DNA of 27,154 nucleotides, taken from Utricularia gibba (lineage: Eukaryota > Plantae > Magnoliophyta). Below, one piece after another: positions 10,801 through 22,700 of the stretch. The position numbers were made by a program, and so were the translations under genes. The notes beneath the pieces are model-generated. The model saw only the letters and a list, made by a program, of their open reading frames with translations, was not told the origin of the DNA and did not search any database. The number at the start of each line of letters is the position of its first letter. Positions within the stretch are counted from its first letter, which is position 1. Location of the stretch: NCBI GenBank assembly GCA_002189035.1, contig NEEC01000468.1, positions 1 through 27,154 of the forward strand, read 5' to 3'.

Positions 10801-13800
10801 ATTTCATTGCGCATCACCATTCGGGATGCAGCCGAAAAATCACACGTGCACCGGATTTGTTAAAATAAATATTTACGCATATCCTGAGTATACAACAGTG
10901 TTGGGATAAGTGATGCCACGAAATTCATGATGTAACATGTGACTTTTTTCCATCTTGATCGCATATCCGATGAAGTTTGACACCATATGTTTTGGCTGTT
11001 GATTGATTCAATTAGTTGCTATGATACTTCTGATTCTTGATGCACCATTCCCTTACACCATGTCTCTAGTGGCTATTTGATTCTTTTGCCGTGTATCCAT
11101 TTGCATCAATGTCGAGAACGAGAAGCACATTATTAAACGCAGCCACCAAGGAAGGACACGGAAGACACTTTCGTTGAGGTTGTTTTTAATATGTCCACAG
11201 TTATCGGAAAAACGTAACTCCATATGATATTACTTGGAGCACGAATAAAGCTTCCCAATGGTGTGCTATGAAGAGTAAGGCTCTACATGTTTTCGAAGAG
11301 GTGCTTCGTGGACCAGGATGTGCGACATAGTCATTTCATTGCGCATCACCATTCGGGATGCAGCCGAAAAATCACACGTGCACCGGATTTGTTAAAAATA
11401 AATATTTACGCATATCCTGAGTATACAACAGTGTTGGGATAAGTGATGCCACGAAATTCATGATGTAACATGTGACTTTTTTCCATCTTGATCGCATATC
11501 CGATGAAGTTTGACACCATATGTTTTGGCTGTTGATTGATTCAATTAGTTGCTATGATACTTCTGATTCTTGATGCACCATTCCCTTACACCATGTCTCT
11601 AGTGGCTATTTGATTCTTTTGCCGTGTATCTTGTTTGCATCAATTTCGAGAACGAGAAGCACATTATTAAACGCAGCCACCAAGGAAGGACACGGAAGAC
11701 ACTTTTCGTTGAGGTTGTTTTTAATATGTCCACAGTTATCGGAAAACGTAACTCCATATGATATTACTTGGAGCACGAATAAAGCTTCCCAATGGTGTGC
11801 TATGAAGAGTAAGGCTCTACATGTTTTGAAGAGGTGCTTCGTGGACCAGGATGTGCGACATAGTCATTTCATTGCGCATCACCATTCGGGATGCAGCCGA
11901 AAAATCACACGTGCACCGGATTTGTTAAAAATAAATATTTACGCATATCCTGAGTATACAACAGTGTTGGGATAAGTGATGCCACGAAATTCATGATGTA
12001 ACATGTGACTTTTTTCCATCTTGATCGCATATCCGATGAAGTTTGACACCATATGTTTTGGCTGTTGATTGATTCAATTAGTTGCTATGATACTTCTGAT
12101 TCTTGATGCACCATTCCCATACACCATGTCTCTAGTGGCTATTTGATTCTTTTGCCGTGTATCGTTTGCATCAATGTCGAGAACGAGAAGCACATATTAA
12201 ACGCAGCCACCAAGGAAGGACACGGAAGACACTTTTCGTTGAGGTTGTTTTTAATATGTCCACAGTTATCGGAAAAACGTAACTCCATATGATATTACTT
12301 GAAGCACGAATAAAGCTTCCCAATGGTGTGCTATGAAGAGTAAGGCTCTACATGTTTTTCGAAGAGGTGCTTCGTGGACCAGGATGTGCGACATAGTCAT
12401 TTCATTGCGCATCACCATTCGGGATGCAGCCGAAAAAATCACACGTGCACCGGATTTGTTAAAAATAAATATTTACGCATATCTGAGTATACAACAGTGT
12501 TGGGATAAGTGATGCCACGAAATTCATGATGTAACATGTGACTTTTTTCCATCTTGATCGCATATCCGATGAAGTTTGACACCATATGTTTTGGCTGTTG
12601 ATTGATTCAATTAGTTGCTATGATACTTCTGATTCTTGATGCACCATTCCCATACACCATGTCTCTAGTGGCTATTTGATTCTTTTGCCGTGTATCCATT
12701 TGCATCAATGTCGAGAACGAGAAGCACATTATTAACGCAGCCACCAAGGAAGGACACGGAAGACACTTTCGTTGAGGTTGTTTTTAATATGTCCACAGTT
12801 ATCGGAAAACGTAACTCCATATGATATTACTTGGAGCACGAAAAGCTTCCCAATGGTGTGCTATGAAGAGTAAGGCTCTACATGTTTTCGAAGAGGTGCT
12901 TCGGACCAGGATGTGCGACATAGTCATTTCATTGCGCATCACCATTCGGGATGCAGCCGAAAAATCACACGTGCACCGGATTTGTTAAAAATAAATATTT
13001 ACGCATATCCTGAGTATACAACAGTGTTGGGATAAGTGATGCCACGAAATTCATGATGTAACATGTGACTTTTTTCCATCTTGATCGCATATCCGATGAA
13101 GTTTGACACCATATGTTTTGGCTGTTGATTGATTCAATTAGTTGCTATGATACTTCTGATTCTTGATGCACCATTCCTTACACCATGTCTCTAGTGGCTA
13201 TTTGATTCTTTTGCCGTGTATCTTGTTTGCATCAATTTCGAGAACGAGAAGCACATTATTAAACGCAGCCACCAAGGAAGGACACGGAAGACACTTTTCG
13301 TTGAGGTTTGTTTTAATATGTCCACAGTTATCGGAAAACGTAACTCCATATGATATTACTTGAAGCACGAATATTCCCAATGGTGTGCTATGAAGAGTAA
13401 GGCTCTACATGTTTTCGAAGAGGTGCTTCGTGGACCAGGATGTGCGACATAGTCATTTCATTGCGCATCACCATTCGGTGCAGCCGAAAAATCACACGTG
13501 CACCGGATTTGTTAAAAATAAATATTTACGCATATCCTGAGTATACAACAGTGTTGGGATAAGTGATGCCACGAAATTCATGATGTAACATGTGACTTTT
13601 TTCCATCTTGATCGCATATCCGATGAAGTTTGACACCATATGTTTTGGCTGTTGATTGATTCAATTAGTTGCTATGATACTTCTGATTCTTGATGCACCA
13701 TTCCCATACACCATGTCTCTAGTGGCTATTTGATTCTTTTGCCGTGTATCCTTTGCATCAATGTCGAGAACGAGAAGCACATTATTAAACGCAGCCACCA

Positions 13801-16800
13801 AGGAAGGACACGGAAGACACTTTTCGTTGAGGTTGTTTTTAATATGTCCACAGTTATCGGAAAAACGTAACTCCATATGATATTACTTGAGCACGAATAA
13901 AGCTTCCCAATGGTGTGCTATGAAGAGTAAGGCTCTACATGTTTTTCGAAGAGGTGCTTCGTGGACCAGGATGTGCGACATAGTCATTTCATTGCGCATC
14001 ACCATTCGGGATGCAGCCGAAAAATCACACGTGCACCGGATTTGTTAAAAATAAATATTTACGCATATCCTGAGTATACAACAGTGTTGGGATAAGTGAT
14101 GCCACGAAATTCATGATGTAACATGTGACTTTTTTCCATCTTGATCGCATATCCGATGAAGTTTGACACCATATGTTTTGGCTGTTGATTGATTCAATTA
14201 GTTGCTATGATACTTCTGATTCTTGATGCACCATTCCCTACACCATGTCTCTAGTGGCTATTTGATTCTTTTGCCGTGTATCCCATTTGCATCAATGTCG
14301 AGAACGAGAAGCACATTATTAAACGCAGCCAAAGGAAGGACACGGAAGACACTTTCGTTGAGGTTGTTTTTAATATGTCCACAGTTATCGGAAAAACGTA
14401 ACTCCATATGATATTACTTGGAGCACGAATAAAGCTTCCCAATGGTGTGCTATGAAGAGTAAGGCTCTACATGTTTTCGAAGAGGTGCTTCGTGGACCAG
14501 GATGTGCGACATAGTCATTTCATTGCGCATCACCATTCGGGATGCAGCCGAAAAATCACACGTGCACCGGATTTGTTAAAAATAAATATTTACGCATATC
14601 CTGAGTATACAACAGTGTTGGGATAAGTGATGCCACGAAATTCATGATGTAACATGTGACTTTTTTCCATCTTGATCGCATATCCGATGAAGTTTGACAC
14701 CATATGTTTTGGCTGTTGATTGATTCAATTAGTTGCTATGATACTTCTGATTCTTGATGCACCATTCCTTACACCATGTCTCTAGTGGCTATTTGATTCT
14801 TTTGCCGTGTATCCCATTTGCATCAATGTCGAGAACGAGAAGCACATTATTAAACGCAGCCACCAAGGAAGGACACGGAAGACACTTTCGTTGAGGTTGT
14901 TTTTAATATGTCCACAGTTATCGGAAAAACGTAACTCCATATGATATTACTTGGAGCACGAATAAAGCTTCCCAATGGTGTGCTATGAAGAGTAAGGCTC
15001 TACATGTTTTCGAAGAGGTGCTTCGTGGACCAGGATGTGCGACATAGTCATTTCATTGCGCATCACCATTCGGGATGCAGCCGAAAAATCACACGTGCAC
15101 CGGATTTGTTAAAAATAAATATTTACGCATATCCTGAGTATACAACAGTGTTGGGATAAGTGATGCCACGAAATTCATGATGTAACATGTGACTTTTTTC
15201 CATCTTGATCGCATATCCGATGAAGTTTGACACCATATGTTTGGCTGTTGATTGATTCAATTAGTTGCTATGATACTTCTGATTCTTGATGCACCATTCC
15301 CTTACACCATGTCTCTAGTGGCTATTTGATTCTTTTGCCGTGTATCCCATTTGCATCAATGTCGAGAACGAGAAGCACATTATTAACGCAGCCACCAAGG
15401 AAGGACACGGAAGACACTTTTCGTTGAGGTTGTTTTTAATATGTCCACAGTTATCGGAAAAACGTAACTCCATATGATATTACTTGGAGCACGAATAAAG
15501 CTTCCCAATGGTGTGCTATGAAGAGTAAGGCTCTACATGTTTTCGAAGAGGTGCTTCGTGGACCAGGATGTGCGACATAGTCATTTCATTGCGCATCACC
15601 ATTCGGGATGCAGCCGAAAAATCACACGTGCACCGGATTTGTTAAAAATAAATATTTACGCATATCCTGAGTATACAACAGTGTTGGGATAAGTGATGCC
15701 ACGAAATTCATGATGTAACATGTGACTTTTTTCCATCTTGATCGCATATCCGATGAAGTTTGACACCATATGTTTTGGCTGTTGATTGATTCAATTAGTT
15801 GCTATGATACTTCTGATTCTTGATGCACCATTCCCATACACCATGTCTCTAGTGGCTATTTGATTCTTTTGCCGTGTATCTTGTTTGCATCAATTTCGAG
15901 AACGAGAAGCACATTATTAAACGCAGCCACCAAGGAAGGACACGGAAGACACTTTTCGTTGAGGTTTGTTTTAATATGTCCACAGTTATCGGAAAAACGT
16001 AACTCCATATGATATTACTTGGAGCACGAATAAAGCTTCCCAATGGTGTGCTATGAAGAGTAAGCTCTACATGTTTTCGAAGAGGTGCTTCGTGGACCAG
16101 GATGTGCGACATAGTCATTTCATTGCGCATCACCATTCGGGATGCAGCCGAAAAATCACACGTGCACGGATTTGTTAAAAATAAATATTTACGCATATCC
16201 TGAGTATACAACAGTGTTGGGATAAGTGATGCCACGAAATTCATGATGTAACATGTGACTTTTTTCCATCTTGATCGCATATCCGATGAAGTTTGACACC
16301 ATATGTTTTGGCTGTTGATTGATTCAATTAGTTGCTATGATACTTCTGATTCTTGATGCACCATTCCCATACACCATGTCTCTAGTGGCTATTTGATTCT
16401 TTTGCCGTGTATCCCATTTGCATCAATGTCGAGAACGAGAAGCACATATTAAACGCAGCCACCAAGGAAGGACACGGAAGACACTTTTCGTTGAGGTTGT
16501 TTTTTAATATGTCCACAGTTATCGGAAAACGTAACTCCATATGATATTACTTGGAGCACGAATAAAGCTTCCCAATGGTGTGCTATGAAGAGTAAGGCTC
16601 TACATGTTTTCGAAGAGGTGCTTCGTGGACCAGGATGTGCGACATAGTCATTTCATTGCGCATCACCATTCGGGATGCAGCCGAAAAATCACACGTGCAC
16701 CGGATTTGTTAAAAATAAATATTTACGCATATCCTGAGTATACAACAGTGTTGGGATAAGTGATGCCACGAAATTCATGATGTAACATGTGACTTTTTTC

Positions 16801-19717
16801 CATCTTGATCGCATATCCGATGAAGTTTGACACCATATGTTTTGGCTGTTGATTGATTCAATTAGTTGCTATGATACTTCTGATTCTTGATGCACCATTC
16901 CCTTACACCATGTCTCTAGTGGCTATTTGATTCTTTTGCCGTGTATCCCATTTGCATCAATGTCGAGAACGAGAAGCACATTATTACGCAGCCACCAAGG
17001 AAGGACACGGAAGACACTTTGTTGAGGTTGTTTTTAATATGTCCACAGTTATCGGAAAAACGTAACTCCATATGATATTACTTGGAGCACGAATAAAGCT
17101 TCCCAATGGTGTGCTATGAAGAGTAAGGCTCTACATGTTTTCGAAGAGGTGCTTCGTGGACCAGGATGTGCGACATAGTCATTTCATTGCGCATCACCAT
17201 TCGGGATGCAGCCGAAAATCACACGTGCACCGGATTTGTTAAAAATAAATATTTACGCATATCCTGAGTATACAACAGTGTTGGGTAAGTGATGCCACGA
17301 AATTCATGATGTAACATGTGACTTTTTTCCATCTTGATCGCATATCCGATGAAGTTTGACACCATATGTTTTGGCTGTTGATTGATTCAATTAGTTGCTA
17401 TGATACTTCTGATTCTTGATGCACCATTCCCTTACACCATGTCTCTAGTGGCTATTTGATTCTTTTGCCGTGTATCCCATTTGCATCAATGTCGAGAACG
17501 AGAAGCACATTATTAAACGCAGCCACCAAGGAAGGACACGGAAGACACTTTTCGTTGAGGTTGTTTTTTAATATGTCCACAGTTATCGGAAAAACGTAAC
17601 TCCATATGATATTACTTGGAGCACGAATAAAGCTTCCCAATGGTGTGCTATGAAGAGTAAGGCTCTACATGTTTTTCGAAGAGGTGCTTCGTGGACCAGG
17701 ATGTGCGACATAGTCATTTCATTGCGCATCACCATTCGGGATGCAGCCGAAAAATCACACGTGCACCGGATTTGTTAAAAATAAATATTTACGCATATCC
17801 TGAGTATACAACAGTGTTGGGATAAGTGATGCCACGAAATTCATGATGTAACATGTGACTTTTTTCCATCTTGATCGCATATCCGATGAAGTTTGACACC
17901 ATATGTTTTGGCTGTTGATTGATTCAATTAGTTGCTATGATACTTCTGATTCTTGATGCACCATTCCCTTACACCATGTCTCTAGTGGCTATTTGATTCT
18001 TTTGCCGTGTATCCCATTTGCATCAATGTCGAGAACGAGAAGCACATTATTAAACGCAGCCACCAAGGAAGGACACGGAAGACACTTTTCGTTGAGGTTG
18101 TTTTTAATATGTCCACAGTTATCGGAAAAACGTAACTCCATATGATATTACTTGGAGCACGAATAAAGCTTCCCAATGGTGTGCTATGAAGAGTAAGGCT
18201 CTACATGTTTTCGAAGAGGTGCTTCGTGGACCAGGATGTGCGACATAGTCATTTCATTGCGCATCACCATTCGGGATGCAGCCGAAAAAATCACACGTGC
18301 ACCGGATTTGTTAAAAATAAATATTTACGCATATCCTGAGTATACAACAGTGTTGGGATAAGTGATGCCACGAAATTCATGATGTAACATGTGACTTTTT
18401 TCCATCTTGATCGCATATCCGATGAAGTTTGACACCATATGTTTTGGCTGTTGATTGATTCAATTAGTTGCTATGATACTTCTGATTCTTGATGCACCAT
18501 TCCCTTACACCATGTCTCTAGTGGCTATTTGATTCTTTTGCCGTGTATCTTTTTGCATCAATTTCGAGAACGAGAAGCACATTATTAAACGCAGCCACCA
18601 AGGAAGGACACGTAAGACACTTTTCGTTGAGGTTTGTTTTAATATGTCCACAGTTATCGGAAAACGTAACTCCATATGATATTACTTGGAGCACGAATAA
18701 AGCTTCCCAATGGTGTGCTATGAAGAGTAAGGCTCTACATGTTTTGGAAGAGGTGCTTCGTGGACCAGGATGTGCGACATAGTCATTTCATTGCGCATCA
18801 CCATTCGGGATGCAGCCGAAAAATCACACGTGCACCGGATTTGTTAAAAATAAATATTTACGCATATCCTGAGTATACAACAGTGTTGGGATAAGTGATG
18901 CCACGAAATTCATGATGTAACATGTGACTTTTTTCCATCTTGATCGCATATCCGATGAAGTTTGACACCATATGTTTTGGCTGTTGATTGATTCAATTAG
19001 TTGCTATGATACTTCTGATTCTTGATGCACCATTCCCATACACCATGTCTCTAGTGGCTATTTGATTCTTTTGCCGTGTATCCTTTGCATCAATGTCGAG
19101 AACGAGAAGCACATATTAAACGCAGCCACCAAGGAAGGACACGGAAGACACTTTTCGTTGAGGTTGTTTTTAATATGTCCACAGTTATCGGAAAAAACGT
19201 AACTCCATATGATATTACTTGGAGCACGAATAAAGCTTCCCAATGGTGTGCTATGAAGAGTAAGGCTCTACATGTTTCGAAGAGGTGCTTCGTGGACCAG
19301 GATGTGCGACATAGTCATTTCATTGCGCATCACCATTCGGGATGCAGCCGAAAATCACACGTGCACCGGATTTGTTAAAAATAAATATTTACGCATATCC
19401 TGAGTATACAACAGTGTTGGGATAAGTGATGCCACGAAATTCATGATGTAACATGTGACTTTTTTCCATCTTGATCGCATATCCGATGAAGTTTGACACC
19501 ATATGTTTTGGCTGTTGATTGATTCAATTAGTTGCTATGATACTTCTGATTCTTGATGCACCATTCCCTTACACCATGTCTCTAGTGGCTATTTGATTCT
19601 TTTGCCGTGTATCCATTTGCATCAATGTCGAGAACGAGAAGCACATTATTAAACGCAGCCACCAAGGAAGGACACGGAAGACACTTTTCGTTGAGGTTGT
19701 TTTTAATATGTCCACAG

Positions 19718-22700
19718 TTATCGGAAAAACGTAACTCCATATGATATTACTTGGAGCACGAATAAAGCTTCCCAATGGTGTGCTATGAAGAGTAAGGCTC
19801 TACATGTTTCGAAGAGGTGCTTCGTGGACCAGGATGTGCGACATAGTCATTTCATTGCGCATCACCATTCGGGATGCAGCCGAAAAATCACACGTGCACC
19901 GGATTTGTTAAAAATAAATTTACGCATATCCTGAGTATACAACAGTGTTGGGATAAGTGATGCCACGAAATTCATGATGTAACATGTGACTTTTTCCATC
20001 TTGATCGCATATCCGATTTTGACACCATATGTTTTGGCTGTTGATTGATTCAATTAGTTGCTATGATACTTCTGATTCTTGATGCACATTCCCATACACC
20101 ATGTCTCTAGTGGCTATTTGATTCTTTTGCCGTGTATCCATTTGCATCAATGTCGAGAACGAGAAGCACATTCTTAACGCAGCCACCAAGGAAGGACACG
20201 GAAGACACTTTTCGTTGAGGTTGTTTTTAATATGTCCACAGTTATCGGAAAAACGTAACTCCATATGATATTACTTGAGCACGAATAAAGCTTCCCAATG
20301 GTGTGCTATGAAGAGTAAGGCTCTACATGTTTCGAAGAGGTGCTTCGTGGACCAGGATGTGCGACATAGTCATTTCATTGCGCATCACCATTCGGGATGC
20401 AGCCGAAAAATCACACGTGCACCGGATTTGTTAAAAATAAATATTTACGCATATCCTGAGTATACAACAGTGTTGGGATAAGTGATGCCACGAAATTCAT
20501 GATGTAACATGTGACTTTTTTCCATCTTGATCGCATATCCGATGAAGTTTGACACCATATGTTTTGGCTGTTGATTGATTCAATTAGTTGCTATGATACT
20601 TCTGATTCTTGATGCACCATTCCCATACACCATGTCTCTAGTGGCTATTTGATTCTTTTGCCGTGTATCCCATTTGCATCAATGTCGAGAACGAGAAGCA
20701 CATTCTTAGACGCAGCCACCAAGGAAGGACACGGAAGACACTTTTCGTTGAGGTTGTTTTTAATATGTCCACAGTTATCGGAAAAACGTAACTCCATATG
20801 ATATTACTTGGAGCACGAATAAAGCTTCCCAATGGTGTGCTATGAAGAGTAAGGCTCTACATGTTTTCGAAGAGGTGCTTCGTGGACCAGGATGTGCGAC
20901 ATAGTCATTTCATTGCGCATCACCATTCGGGATGCAGCCGAAAAATCACACGTGCACCGGATTTGTTAAAAATAAATATTTACGCATATCCTGAGTATAC
21001 AACAGTGTTGGGATAAGTGATGCCACGAAATTCATGATGTAACATGTGACTTTTTTCCATCTTGATCGCATATCCGATGAAGTTTGACACCATATGTTTT
21101 GGCTGTTGATTGATTCAATTAGTTGCTATGATACTTCTGATTCTTGATGCACCCCCATACACCATGTCTCTAGTGGCTATTTGATTCTTTTGCCGTGTAT
21201 CCCATTTGCATCAATGTCGAGAACGAGAAGCACATTCTTAGACGCAGCCACCAAGGAAGGACACGGAAGACACTTTTCGTTGAGGTTGTTTTTAATATGT
21301 CCACAGTTATCGGAAAAACGTAACTCCATATGATATTACTTGGAGCACGAATAAAGCTTCCCAATGGTGCTATGAAGAGTAAGGCTACATGTTTTCGAAG
21401 AGGTGCTTCGTGGACCAGGATGTGCGACATAGTCATTTCATTGCGCATCACCATTCGGGATGCAGCCGAAAAATCACACGTGCACCGGATTTGTTAAAAA
21501 TAATATTTACGCATATCCTGAGTATACAACAGTGTTGGGATAAGTGATGCCACGAAATTCATGATGTAACATGTGACTTTTTTCCATCTTGATCGCATAT
21601 CCGATGAAGTTTGACACCATATGTTTTGGCTGTTGATTGATTCAATTAGTTGCTATGATACTTCTGATTCTTGATGCACCATTCCCATACACCATGTCTC
21701 TAGTGGCTATTTGATTCTTTTGCCGTGTATCCCATTTGCATCAATGTCGAGAACGAGAAGCACATTCTTAGACGCAGCCACAAGGAAGGACACGGAAGAC
21801 ACTTTTCGTTGAGGTTGTTTTTAATATGTCCACAGTTATCGGAAAAACGTAACTCCATATGATATTACTTGAGCACGAATAAAGCTTCCCAATGGTGTGC
21901 TATGAAGAGTAAGGCTCTACATGTTTTCGAAGAGGTGCTTCGTGGACCAGGATGTGCGACATAGTCATTTCATTGCGCATCACCATTCGGGATGCAGCCG
22001 AAAAATCACACGTGCACCGGATTTGTTAAAAATAAATATTTACGCATATCCTGAGTATACAACAGTGTTGGGATAAGTGATGCCACGAAATTCATGATGT
22101 AACATGTGACTTTTTTCCATCTTGATCGCATATCCGATGAAGTTTGACACCATATGTTTTGGCTGTTGATTGATTCAATTAGTTGCTATGATACTTCTGA
22201 TTCTTGATGCACCATTCCCATACACCATGTCTCTAGTGGCTATTTGATTCTTTGCCGTGTATCCCATTTGCATCAATGTCGAGAACGAGAAGCACATTCT
22301 TAGACGCAGCCACCAAGGAAGGACACGGAGACACTTTTCGTTGAGGTTGTTTTTAATATGTCCACAGTTATCGGAAAAACGTAACTCCATATGATATTAC
22401 TTGGAGCACGAATAAAGCTTCCCAATGGTGTGCTATGAAGAGTAAGGCTCTACATGTTTTCGAAGAGGTGCTTCGTGGACCAGGATGTGCGACATAGTCA
22501 TTTCATTGCGCATCACCATTCGGGATGCAGCCGAAAAATCACACGTGCACCGGATTTGTTAAAAATAAATATTTACGCATATCCTGAGTATACAACAGTG
22601 TTGGGATAAGTGATGCCACGAAATTCATGATGTAACATGTGACTTTTTTCCATCTTGATCGCATATCCGATGAAGTTTGACACCATATGTTTTGGCTGTT

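Larger units (their letters stand above)
1..19717. repeat. Heterogeneous sub-array (units 1-37) with several co-existing unit haplotypes
   Basis: Segregating sites: CCC[A/T]TAC; GTATC[CCA/TTG]TTTGC; CAAT[G/T]TCGAG; GAGG[TTGT/TTTG]TTTT; CGG[A5/A4]CG; ACAC[T4/T3]CG. None of these units carries the right-domain CACATTCTTA(G)AC variant; they read CACATTATTAAAC or a deletion form of it. Confidence 0.9.

Noticed and set aside
11610-16280. Longest ORFs (121 aa at 11610-11975, 143 aa at 15849-16280; also 121 aa at 24367-24732)
   Set aside because: They are fusions of normally separate frames created by private 1-bp deletions and are absent from the consensus unit.
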